Part shown: positions 14,931 through 22,954 of the stretch, one piece after another
Layout: each line of letters begins with the position of its first letter
How positions within the stretch are numbered: the first letter of the stretch is position 1
Source of the DNA: a virus
Strand: one strand, 5' to 3'
IMG/VR virus record: IMGVR_UViG_3300045450_000074
Span: 1-47,341 of that record
Length of the DNA: 47,341 nucleotides
The notes under the pieces: model-generated
Seen by the model: only the letters and a program-made list of their open reading frames with translations
Databases searched by the model: none
Told to the model about the DNA's origin: nothing
Translations under genes and position numbers: made by a program

Positions 14931-15298
14931 GCGATCCGCCGATAACGAAGCGTGTCGACCGGGGCATTCGCGAACGCGGCTTGAGCGCGAGCCTCGTCGG
15001 CCGTCCCGACACCCCATGCAACGCCGTCGTCATAGAGATACTCGAACAGGGCGTCGGGGTCGTGCTGATCGAGCTGATCGACCGTGAAGGAATTGTTGAG
15101 CGCGCGGAGCCGGTTTGCCTCATCGCGCGCCTTGAGCGTCGCGGACGCGAGATTGATTTCGAGCCAGCTCCACCGCCCCGCCGTCGTCGACGAATTGGCG
15201 ATCGTCCGCAACTGCCGTTGCGTCATGGTCTGAAACACCGCGCTCTTGCGAGCGGTCTCGGCTGCAATCTGCTCGTTCACGGTCGGCGCGGTCGCCAT
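14927..15298 (-). CDS. hypothetical protein (123 aa), first gene of the antisense cassette
   Basis: Internal ATG of ORF 14927..15415, preceded by a GAAGGA RBS. Confidence 0.6.
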   Translation of the reverse strand: MATAPTVNEQIAAETARKSAVFQTMTQRQLRTIANSSTTAGRWSWLEINLASATLKARDEANRLRALNNSFTVDQLDQHDPDALFEYLYDDGVAWGVGTADEARAQAAFANAPVDTLRYRRIA

Positions 15299-15457
15299 CG
15301 TCGTCAATCCTTCGCGTTGTGCGTAAGAACCATTGCGCCAGCTCGGCGCGGATCGCAAGCCACAATCTACGCGGCGTGCGTAAAAAGATGCGGCGCCCGG
15401 ATTGCTCGCGGGCATGCAGCCTTATCGCCACCTCGCGCGCGGGGTATCTCTCCGGCC
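15299..15457. promoter_or_regulatory. divergent regulatory region (antisense cassette versus head operon)
   Basis: 159-bp gap between divergent starts. Contains tgcgtaag (15319), tgcgtaaaaa (15377-15386) and the 19-mer cgcgggcatgcagccttat (15407-15425), which also occurs at 20703-20721. Confidence 0.5.
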
Positions 15458-16417
15458 ATGAGCAAACGTTGGATCGAGGCCTTTCGCATCGGCGGCAAGG
15501 CAAGTCGCGGGATCAAGCCCGAGCATTTGGCCGAGGTCGTCACCGACGATTTCGGCGCGAACCCCCGCGCGCTGTGCTTCGGCCACCCGAAGTCCGACGA
15601 CCCGGCCGCCGGCCTCATCACCGGCGCCAAGGTCGAGGGAAACTCGCTCATGGTCGAGGTGGACAAGCTCTCGCCCGAGGCGATCACGGGGATCAAGGAC
15701 GGGAAGTGGCTCAACCGCTCGGCCGCCTTTTTCGACCCGCACCACGAGGCGAACCCGCGCCCCGGCAAATGGTCGCTCCGCCACGTCGGCCTCCTCGGCG
15801 CCGCGGCGCCCGGCATCCCCGGCATGGGATCGCTGCAAAAGGCCCTCGCCTTCGACGCCGACGACGAGCTAATCACCGAAGGCGATCCGGCTGACGCCGT
15901 CATCTTCGCTGGCGCCCCGACCGAAACGCATTTCATTTTCGAGAGCAAGGAACCGACCATGGACCCGAACGACAAGAAGCCCGACGCCGCGCAGATCGAG
16001 CGCGAAAACGCCTTCGCGGCGCGGGTTCGCAACCATTTCGAGGCGAGCAACAAGAGCGCAATCAATGCTCTCGTGCTGGCCGGTAAGGTCCTCCCGGCCG
16101 AGGTCGACGGCCTCACCACCTCGTTCAACGCGCTCGACCCCGAGGGCGAGGAGCTGACGTTCGGCGCCGGTGACAATACCACCAAGGCGACCGCCGTCTC
16201 GCATCTGCTCGCGTTCATGGCGTCGGCCCTCCCGAAGCGCGTCGACGTCTCCGGCCAGCGCAAGTCGCCCGAGACCCAGTTCGACGCCAAGGGCGGCGAG
16301 ACGTCGGCCAATCCCCAGGCCGAAGCGCGCCGCCTCTCCGCCGAGGCCCGCGCGCTCATGGCCAAGGACCCCGGTCTCACGTTCGAGGCCGCGCTCGAAA
16401 CCCTCTCGGCCGACTAA
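15458..16417 (+). CDS. capsid scaffolding protein/prohead protease (P2 gpO / Mu gpI-like)
   Basis: Internal ATG of ORF 14981..16417. MSKRWIEAFRIGG...GHPKSDDPAAG...RHVGLLGAAAPGIPG resembles the gpO family layout. Position is upstream of the capsid gene. Confidence 0.75.
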   Translation: MSKRWIEAFRIGGKASRGIKPEHLAEVVTDDFGANPRALCFGHPKSDDPAAGLITGAKVEGNSLMVEVDKLSPEAITGIKDGKWLNRSAAFFDPHHEANPRPGKWSLRHVGLLGAAAPGIPGMGSLQKALAFDADDELITEGDPADAVIFAGAPTETHFIFESKEPTMDPNDKKPDAAQIERENAFAARVRNHFEASNKSAINALVLAGKVLPAEVDGLTTSFNALDPEGEELTFGAGDNTTKATAVSHLLAFMASALPKRVDVSGQRKSPETQFDAKGGETSANPQAEARRLSAEARALMAKDPGLTFEAALETLSAD

Positions 16418-16459
16418 CGGCCGCCGACCCCGCCCCTCTCTCACGTCAAGGAAACTACC

Positions 16460-16828
16460 ATGGGTCAGACGACCGGCTTCCTCACCAAGTCGCTCACCGC
16501 GACGACCGCGATCCCCGCGCGGACCATCGTCAAGTTCGGCCCGGCGGACGGGACCGGCGTCCCGGCCACCGACGCCACGGCGTTCACGGCCGGCGTGTCG
16601 AGCGATATCGACACCGCCGTCGGCGAGCGCGCCTCCGTGTTCATGAACGGCAATATCGCCGACGTGGTCTATGGCGGCACGGTCTCGCGCGGCGATGCGC
16701 TCACCGCCGACGCGTCGGGTCGCGCGGTCGCCACCACGACCACCGGCGCCCGCATCGTCGGCTTCGCCGAGGTCTCGGGCGTCGTGGGCGATATCGGGTC
16801 CGTCATCATTACCCCCGGCATCCTCTAA
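16460..16828 (+). CDS. DUF2190-type head decoration/cement protein
   Basis: ORF track with an AAGGAA RBS. Gly/Val-rich 122-aa beta protein located between scaffold and capsid genes. Confidence 0.7.
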   Translation: MGQTTGFLTKSLTATTAIPARTIVKFGPADGTGVPATDATAFTAGVSSDIDTAVGERASVFMNGNIADVVYGGTVSRGDALTADASGRAVATTTTGARIVGFAEVSGVVGDIGSVIITPGIL

Positions 16829-16861
16829 ACCCTCGCCCTCGCTCACAAGGACACGACAGCA

Positions 16862-17827
16862 ATGGCTCAGGCCCCTTTCGTCATCACTCCCGCGCTTGTC
16901 GCCATTGCGGTCGACTATTCGGGGGTCAACCGCACCGCCCGCGGCTACATCGCCGACCTCGTCGCGCCGCGCATGCGCGTCGACGCGCCGTTGTTCCGCT
17001 ACCCCCAGTACAAGCTGGAGGAGGCGTTCACCGTCTACGACAATCAGGTCGACCGCCTCGGTCGCCTGAACGAGATCGTCGAGAGCGCGACCGAGACCAC
17101 GGGCGCCACGCTCGACTATGGTCTGCTCGAAAAGGTCCCGTTCCGCGACGAGGCCGCGGCCCGCGCCGCGTCGATCCCCTTCCCGCTCAAGGCTCGCGCC
17201 GTGCGGAACGTGATCGACAAGAATCAGCTCGCCCGCGAAATCCGCGTCGCGTCCATGGTGACGACCGCCGGCAACTATGCCAGCGGCTACGTGACCGCGG
17301 TCGGCGCGACGAAGTGGTCGGACCCGTCGGTCGATATCCCGGCGATCGTGATGGATCAGATCGCGGCCATGCTGATCCCCGGCAATGTCGGCACGACCTC
17401 GCGTCGCGTGATGAACATGCTTCGCCGCCACCCCAAGATTTCGACCGCGCTTGGCGGCTCGGCGACGTCGGGTCGGATCGCGACCGAGCAGGAGGTCGCG
17501 ACCGTCCTCGGCCTCGAACGGATCATCGTCGGCAACGGGTTGAAGCAAACCACGAAGCGCGGGCAGACCGTATCGACCGGCAATATCTGGCCGGATTTCT
17601 TCGCGATCCACTACCAGGGCGCGCAGGGTCCGGACGGGACGACGCTCGACGGCGGCTCGCCCAACTTCCTCACCACGTTCCAGTGGGGCGACGTCGTCTC
17701 GGGCGAGTTGCCCTATCGGCCGGGCGAATTGGGCCTGTGGGGCGGCGTCGGCGTTCTCACCGGCGAGAGCATCGTCGAGAAGGTCGTCGCGCCGTTCGCG
17801 GGCGCGATCTTCACCGGCGTTCTCTGA
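16862..17827 (+). CDS. major capsid protein (gpE-like, HK97 fold)
   Basis: ORF track. Size (321 aa), position after the scaffold and decoration genes, and gpE-like sequence pattern. Confidence 0.85.
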   Translation: MAQAPFVITPALVAIAVDYSGVNRTARGYIADLVAPRMRVDAPLFRYPQYKLEEAFTVYDNQVDRLGRLNEIVESATETTGATLDYGLLEKVPFRDEAAARAASIPFPLKARAVRNVIDKNQLAREIRVASMVTTAGNYASGYVTAVGATKWSDPSVDIPAIVMDQIAAMLIPGNVGTTSRRVMNMLRRHPKISTALGGSATSGRIATEQEVATVLGLERIIVGNGLKQTTKRGQTVSTGNIWPDFFAIHYQGAQGPDGTTLDGGSPNFLTTFQWGDVVSGELPYRPGELGLWGGVGVLTGESIVEKVVAPFAGAIFTGVL

Positions 17828-17904
17828 CGCTACCGGAGGGCGGCCCTATGGCCGCCCCGAGGATAGCGCCAGCCGACCGGCTCCGCTCAACTCAGGAGAC
17901 CCCC

Positions 17905-18405
17905 ATGGACCGCACCCCCCTCTATGCTCAGTTCGACGGCGATGACGTCGACGGCAAGCGCTACGAGCTTGGCGAGGAGCTTTCGACCGACACCGATCCC
18001 GGCACCGTCGCCTATCTCACCACCAACGGCCGCTTCGCCGCGGTGAAGCCGGGCGACGAGGACGCGCACTCCTACGACACGTCGACGCCGACGGCGGATA
18101 TGGGCCGCCTCGCGCTGCTCGCCGAGCTTGGCGCCGGCCAGAGCGACGAGACCCTCCGCGAGGCCGTCGAGCGCAAGCGCGAGCATGACGCCGAGGAGGC
18201 CGAGGCGGACCGCAAGCGCGTTGCAGAAGCCGAGCAGAACGACCCGCTTTCGGGCAACCTCACGAAGGCGACCGACTATATCGCCACCGTCACCGACCCG
18301 GCCGAGCTGGCGACGCTCAAGGATCGCGAGACCAACGGCGCGGGCCGCAAGGGCGTGTTCGAGGCGATCGAAAAGCGCGCCGAAGCGATCAAGACGGCGG
18401 GATAA
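17905..18405 (+). CDS. hypothetical acidic protein (166 aa)
   Basis: Internal ATG of ORF 17314..18405 with a CAGGAG RBS. Confidence 0.6.
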   Translation: MDRTPLYAQFDGDDVDGKRYELGEELSTDTDPGTVAYLTTNGRFAAVKPGDEDAHSYDTSTPTADMGRLALLAELGAGQSDETLREAVERKREHDAEEAEADRKRVAEAEQNDPLSGNLTKATDYIATVTDPAELATLKDRETNGAGRKGVFEAIEKRAEAIKTAG

Positions 18406-18425
18406 GTATCTGATATCTCTCGTTT

Positions 18426-18462
18426 AAGGGGGTCGGGGCGAGCGCTTCGGCCCCCTTTTCTA
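18426..18462 (+). terminator. intrinsic terminator
   Basis: aaggggg (18426-18432) pairs with ccccctt (18451-18457), with an extended GC stem and a following T-run. Confidence 0.7.
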
Positions 18463-18477
18463 TTGAGAGGAAACGCT

Positions 18478-19107
18478 ATGCTCCGTCTCGTCATCGCAAT
18501 GCTCGCGCTCATCGCCGCTCCGGCCGCGGCTCAACAGGTCCGGCTACAGCCGCCCTACACACAGAACGCCCTTGGACAGCCGCTCAACGTCGTCCCGGTC
18601 TATTCCATCCCGTACGAGGACGGCGTCGTCCTGGCGGGCCGCGGCTATACCGTGTCGACCGCCGTCGTCTCCGTCGCCGCGGGCAATTTTTTGACGGTCG
18701 AGCTATCGAACCCGGCCGGCTCCGGCGTCAACTTCATCATGACCGCTCGCGTCTTCTCGAACAACGTGATCGGCGGGAGCGCGCCGCTCGAATATCAGCG
18801 GTTCGCGCAAGACGCCGTGTTCCCCGCCAGCGCCGCGACGACGGTCCCGATCGCCAATCGCATCGCCGGAGGGCCGGCCAGCCCCGGCACGTTCCGCTAT
18901 ACCATGGGTTCGGCCGGCCCGACCGGGACGCTATCCTCGTCCGGATTCATCCCGACCAACGGGCAGGAGAAGCGGATCAAGGATATCGTCGTCCTCGCGC
19001 CGGGGACGCGCCTCGTCTATCAGGTGTCGGGCGCGGGCGGCGGTCTGGCGGCCATGGCGCGTATCGCGGTGACGTTCCTTTACTTCACGACCCCCGTCGC
19101 CTCCTGA
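18478..19107 (+). CDS. secreted beta-rich protein (209 aa), moron
   Basis: GAGAGG RBS. The signal peptide is MLRLVIAMLALIAAPAAAQQ. Hairpins flank the gene on both sides. Confidence 0.7.
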   Translation: MLRLVIAMLALIAAPAAAQQVRLQPPYTQNALGQPLNVVPVYSIPYEDGVVLAGRGYTVSTAVVSVAAGNFLTVELSNPAGSGVNFIMTARVFSNNVIGGSAPLEYQRFAQDAVFPASAATTVPIANRIAGGPASPGTFRYTMGSAGPTGTLSSSGFIPTNGQEKRIKDIVVLAPGTRLVYQVSGAGGGLAAMARIAVTFLYFTTPVAS

Positions 19108-19129
19108 TTTCGGGGCGCCTCGCGTCGAT

Positions 19130-19162
19130 AGGGCGGTTCGGCTATGGTCGGGCCGCCCTTTC
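19130..19162 (+). terminator. possible weak terminator hairpin
   Basis: agggcgg (19130-19136) pairs with ccgccct (19153-19159), followed by a short T tail. Confidence 0.35.
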
Positions 19163-19179
19163 CATTGGAGCGCCCCGGC

Positions 19180-19683
19180 ATGCCCTATCTGTCCGTCTCC
19201 GAATATATCTCGCGGTTCGGCGAGCGCGAGACCATCCTCCTCACCAACACCACGCCGCCGAGCGCCGGTTCCGTGCCGACGTACGATAGCGTCAAGGTCG
19301 AGACCGCGATCATTGACGCGCAGGAGGTCGTCGACGGCTATGTCGGTCGCCGCTACGCAACGCCGATCGACGATGCGCCGCGGATCGTCAAAGGCTGGAT
19401 AGCCGCGCTCGCGCGCGAGACGCTCCACGTCAACACCGGCAAGACGAACGACGCCGTCGCCAAGGCGGCCGACCTCGCGCGGTCGCAGCTCCGCGAGGTG
19501 GCAAAGGGCGACATGACGCTCCCGATCGCCGAGGGACAGCCGGCGCCGACCGAGAAGGGACAGGGCTTTGCCCGGTCGAGCATGGATCGGCCGTCCACGT
19601 CGTTCACCGGCGCGGCGCTCGACGCCTTCACCGCCCCGTTCGGCATCGGCGCCGAGCCGGCTTGCTGGCGCTCAGGGACGTAA
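19180..19683 (+). CDS. head-tail connector protein (Mu gp36/DUF1320-like)
   Basis: Internal ATG of ORF 19144..19683. The pattern MPYLSVSEYISRFGERETILLTN...AIIDAQEVVDGYVGRRYATPI matches DUF1320. Confidence 0.75.
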   Translation: MPYLSVSEYISRFGERETILLTNTTPPSAGSVPTYDSVKVETAIIDAQEVVDGYVGRRYATPIDDAPRIVKGWIAALARETLHVNTGKTNDAVAKAADLARSQLREVAKGDMTLPIAEGQPAPTEKGQGFARSSMDRPSTSFTGAALDAFTAPFGIGAEPACWRSGT

Positions 19684-19686
19684 GCC

Positions 19687-20262
19687 GTGGCCGGGTTCAA
19701 GATCAATATCGAGGTTGCCGGCGTCGAGACCGCTCGGCGTATTCTCCGCAGAGTACGCGCCGCGGGCGAGGATACCGAACCGCTCTTGAAGATCGCCGGA
19801 TCAGCCATCGAAACGAGCATCCTTGAGCGATTCGACAATGAGCATGGGCCGGGCGGGGTGCCGTGGCCGAAATCGAAACGCGCTCTCGGGCTTGTTCCGA
19901 ACGCGCGAGGAAAGAAGATCGCGGGAAAGACGCTGACCGATACTTCTGACCTTCGCGACAGCATCAAGTTTGAGGTGCGGCCCGGCGAAGTCGAGATCGG
20001 CTCTGACGGCCTGAAAAAGCCTATCAAGGCCGTCGCAAATCAATTCGGCACGACCGGGAGCTATTCCAACTCTCTCGTTCGGCGTCATGCTCGCACAATC
20101 AACAGCCGGTTTGGCGTCCCGTTGCCAGATGGGCCGCAGCGCGAGAGCGTTCGCGCGCATATTCGAGCCATCCCCCCGCGCCCATTCATCGGCATTGACG
20201 AAGACGATCGACGCACGATCCGCGCGGCGTGGCGCGACCACCTGAAAGGCCTGTTTCAATGA
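19687..20262 (+). CDS. virion morphogenesis protein (Mu gpG-like)
   Basis: ORF track (GTG start). RFDNEHGPGGVPWP...ANQFG...IPPRPFIGI pattern. Confidence 0.75.
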   Translation: MAGFKINIEVAGVETARRILRRVRAAGEDTEPLLKIAGSAIETSILERFDNEHGPGGVPWPKSKRALGLVPNARGKKIAGKTLTDTSDLRDSIKFEVRPGEVEIGSDGLKKPIKAVANQFGTTGSYSNSLVRRHARTINSRFGVPLPDGPQRESVRAHIRAIPPRPFIGIDEDDRRTIRAAWRDHLKGLFQ

Positions 20263-20702
20263 GCGACGCAATCGACTTCGGGATCGACTTGGAGGACGTC
20301 CGCAAGCGGTTCCTCGGCATGGGCTATTTTCTGTCCGTCACCGATATCCAAGCGGCAAGCGAGGCGCTCTCCGACCCGGACGCGTTCGGGTTCCTCCCGC
20401 CGGCCGCGTTCGTCTCGATCGCGAGCGAGACCGCCGAGCCGAACAAGACGATCGGCGGCCACGCGCAGCGCGTCAACGTGCTGCTATCCATGCTGTTCGC
20501 GATCCCGTCGGCCCGCGCCGATCGCGAGGCCGACGACGAGGTCGAACAGGTCAAGCGCGCCGTGATCCGCATGGGCGTCGCATGGAAGCCCAAGGGCGCC
20601 GGCGCGGCGCTCGACTATTCGCGCTACGTCCTCCGCGCGACCGGCGGCGGTCTCGTGTGGGGCGAGGTCCTGTTCTCGACCTCCTACCAACTCCGCGTCT
20701 AG
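20259..20702 (+). CDS. Mu gp37/DUF1834-like head-tail joining protein
   Basis: ATGA overlap and in frame with ORF 20229..20702. Called by position and size. Confidence 0.55.
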   Translation: MSDAIDFGIDLEDVRKRFLGMGYFLSVTDIQAASEALSDPDAFGFLPPAAFVSIASETAEPNKTIGGHAQRVNVLLSMLFAIPSARADREADDEVEQVKRAVIRMGVAWKPKGAGAALDYSRYVLRATGGGLVWGEVLFSTSYQLRV

Positions 20703-20721
20703 CGCGGGCATGCAGCCTTAT
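20703..20721 (+). promoter_or_regulatory. 19-nt motif cgcgggcatgcagccttat (second copy)
   Basis: Identical to 15407-15425. Lies in the gap upstream of the tail operon (GGAGG RBS at 20726, ATG at 20742). Confidence 0.45.
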
Positions 20722-20741
20722 TCCCGGAGGGCGTCGGCCGT

Positions 20742-21170
20742 ATGGTCGCCAGCGATCGACCCCCCGAGGAGCTGACAATGGATGATCTTGAAACCGCCGC
20801 AGCCGTGGACACCGCGCCCCCCGCGACCACGTCGGCCGGCGTCGCCTTGCATGGCGAATACCCTCTCAATTCCCGGCTTCGCGCCGAGGCGATGGCAGAC
20901 GCCGACGTCACGACCGATCCCGACGGCCTCATCACGGACGAGCTGATCGCCGAGACGCGCGACCGTCTCGCCGCCGAGCGCAAGGCCGACGCCGACGCCG
21001 AGGAGGAGGCGCGCCGCGCCGAAGCCGCCGCGCCGTCGATGAAGTGGTCGGAGAAACGGCTCCGTGACGAGGCGACCCGTCTCGGGCTGACGCTCGAAAC
21101 CGATGCGAACAAGGCGGCAATCCTCGCCGCGATCCAGGCGGCCCCGCCCGTCGAAACTCAGGAGGGCTAA
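20742..21170 (+). CDS. hypothetical protein with C-terminal HeH/SAP-like motif (142 aa)
   Basis: ORF track with a GGAGG RBS 11 nt upstream. Confidence 0.55.
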   Translation: MVASDRPPEELTMDDLETAAAVDTAPPATTSAGVALHGEYPLNSRLRAEAMADADVTTDPDGLITDELIAETRDRLAAERKADADAEEEARRAEAAAPSMKWSEKRLRDEATRLGLTLETDANKAAILAAIQAAPPVETQEG

Positions 21171-21173
21171 GCG

Positions 21174-22121
21174 ATGGCCGGTGCAAACAAGGATTGGGGA
21201 TCGAAAGTCATCCTCATGAAGCTCGAAACGACGGAGGGGACCGACGCCGCGCCGGTCGTCACCGCGAACGCCCTTCGCGTCCTCAACTATCAGCCGCAGT
21301 TCATGGACGCGGATCAGAAGACGCGCCCGATCGAAAAAGCCTTTTTCGGCGCCGATCCGGTCGCCATGGCGGCGTTCAAGCGCGGCGCGACGTTCGACAT
21401 GGAAATGCACGGCGCCGGCACCGCGACGGGCCTCCCGGCATGGGCGACCATGTTGCAGCTCGCCGGGTTCGGCGCCCCGGTCGTCGGCGCGTCGAGCGTC
21501 GTAATCAGCCCGATCACGGCCGGTATCAAGTCCGGGACGCACTATGCGTGGCTCGACGACCTCCTGCTCATCGCGAGCGGCGGCCGTGCAAGCGTGTCGT
21601 TCAAGATCGAGGACGACGAGATTCCGATCTTCTCGTTCAACTATCTCGGCCGCCCGCCGACTGCTCTCGCGACGCAATCGGTCCCCGGCACGCCGACGAT
21701 TACCGGCTATGTCGACCCGGTCCTCTCGACGAGCGAGAACACGACGTTTTCCCTCGGCGGCTTTTCGCCCGGCCTTCGCCGCCTCGAAATGGCGATCAAC
21801 GGCGATTTGCAGTTCCGGTCGCTGATCGGCCCACAGGATCGCGTCAATTTCCGCAACCGCGCGCCGAGCGGGACGGTCCTCATGGAAATCCCGGACCTCA
21901 CGGCCAAGGACTATTTCGCCAACATCCGCCCCGGCACGACCATGCCGGCGCAGATCGTCCAGGGTTCGGCCGTCGGCAACATCGTGCAAATCGACATGCC
22001 GAAGCTGCAAATCTCCGGCAACGTCGAGTTCTCGGAGGAGCAAGGCAAGCTCATGGGGTCGTTCCCCGTCACCGCGCTCGCGAATGCGGGCAATGACGAA
22101 ATCGTGTTCACGACCAAGTAA
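21174..22121 (+). CDS. major tail (tube) protein, non-contractile type
   Basis: ORF track with a GGAGGG RBS. Position is immediately upstream of the chaperone pair and tape measure, and no sheath gene is present. Confidence 0.75.
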   Translation: MAGANKDWGSKVILMKLETTEGTDAAPVVTANALRVLNYQPQFMDADQKTRPIEKAFFGADPVAMAAFKRGATFDMEMHGAGTATGLPAWATMLQLAGFGAPVVGASSVVISPITAGIKSGTHYAWLDDLLLIASGGRASVSFKIEDDEIPIFSFNYLGRPPTALATQSVPGTPTITGYVDPVLSTSENTTFSLGGFSPGLRRLEMAINGDLQFRSLIGPQDRVNFRNRAPSGTVLMEIPDLTAKDYFANIRPGTTMPAQIVQGSAVGNIVQIDMPKLQISGNVEFSEEQGKLMGSFPVTALANAGNDEIVFTTK

Positions 22122-22143
22122 CGCGCTCCCGTATTGCCGACAG

Positions 22144-22180
22144 GGCCGGTCGTGGACTATCCACGGCCGGCCTTTTCTAT
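22144..22180 (+). terminator. intrinsic terminator after the tail tube gene
   Basis: 12-bp stem, ggccggtcgtgg paired with ccacggccggcc (one G-U pair). 5-nt loop, then ttttctatt. Confidence 0.7.
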
Positions 22181-22193
22181 TGGAGCTTTCCCC

Positions 22194-22649
22194 ATGTTCG
22201 ACCTGCTCTCTCGCCCGCTCGTGTTCATCCCCGTGAAGTGGAAGGGGGTCGCCGAGGGCAAGGAGGGCGAGGCCGTTCCCGTCGAGCATGCGATCGACGT
22301 CCAAGTCGAAATCCTCGATCGCGTCGAGTTCGACAAATGGATCGACATGAACCGCAAGGACGGCGACACGCCGGACGTCGACCCGGCCGGCGAGCTGGCG
22401 ATCTTCAAGACGGTCGCGAAGGGCTGGCGCAAGATCAGGATGAACGGCAGCACGGCGCAATTCACCGATGACAACATCGCCCGCATGCTCCGGTATCCGG
22501 GGTTCGTCGGCGCGTTCGGCGAGGCCTATATGGAAACGTGGGCCGGCCGGGTCGCGGTGCGGGAGGGAAACTCCGACGGCTCGCCCGCCAATGGGCCGGC
22601 GGGCGAGCCTACCGTCGAGACGCTCAAGGACAAGACGTCCCCGAGCTGA
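22194..22649 (+). CDS. tail assembly chaperone (G-like)
   Basis: Internal ATG of ORF 22134..22649. Sits before the tape measure and contains the slippery heptamer. Confidence 0.8.
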   Translation: MFDLLSRPLVFIPVKWKGVAEGKEGEAVPVEHAIDVQVEILDRVEFDKWIDMNRKDGDTPDVDPAGELAIFKTVAKGWRKIRMNGSTAQFTDDNIARMLRYPGFVGAFGEAYMETWAGRVAVREGNSDGSPANGPAGEPTVETLKDKTSPS

Positions 22650-22954
22650 CCGAGCTGGAAAAGGACTGCGCGCGGTTCGGGATCGACCCGGCCGCGTTCA
22701 ATCGCAAACGCCCCGATGAGCAGGACGCGACGCCGGTATGGCCGGACATGCTCAATTCGTTCGCCCTCTTCTGTGATGCGCCGTGGAATTGGGTGACGGT
22801 CGGCCTCGGCGGCGTTGTCCGGACCAATATCAGCCGGATTGAGCTTGAGGCTTCGGCCCGCGGCCTCAACGTCGAGTATACCCCGGCGATTTTCGCCGAC
22901 GTTCGTATTATGGAGGACGAAGCACTCAAATTTTGGAGCCGCCGCAATGGCTGA
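22194..22954 (+). CDS. tail assembly chaperone frameshift product (G-T-like, -1 PRF)
   Basis: The -1 frame is open from 22538 to 22954. G_GGA_AAC at 22565-22571 is in the correct zero-frame phase. Confidence 0.7.
22565..22571 (+). other. -1 programmed frameshift slippery heptamer G_GGA_AAC
   Basis: Zero-frame codons are GGA AAC (R-E-G-N). After a -1 slip the reading is GGG AAA, continuing into ORF 22538..22954. Confidence 0.7.

Noticed and set aside
15408-15425. GGCATGCAGCC considered as a sigma-54 (-24 GG / -12 GC) promoter
   Set aside because: Taking either GG as -24, the base 12 nt downstream is not GC (it is ta or tt). The spacing rule therefore fails.
15869-17611. 580-aa minus-strand ORF across the scaffold, decoration and capsid genes. 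A similar 580-aa ORF lies at 20718..22460.
   Set aside because: Both span several well-supported plus-strand structural genes. They have Arg/Asp/Gly-rich composition and no RBS or coupling. They are treated as GC-driven open frames.
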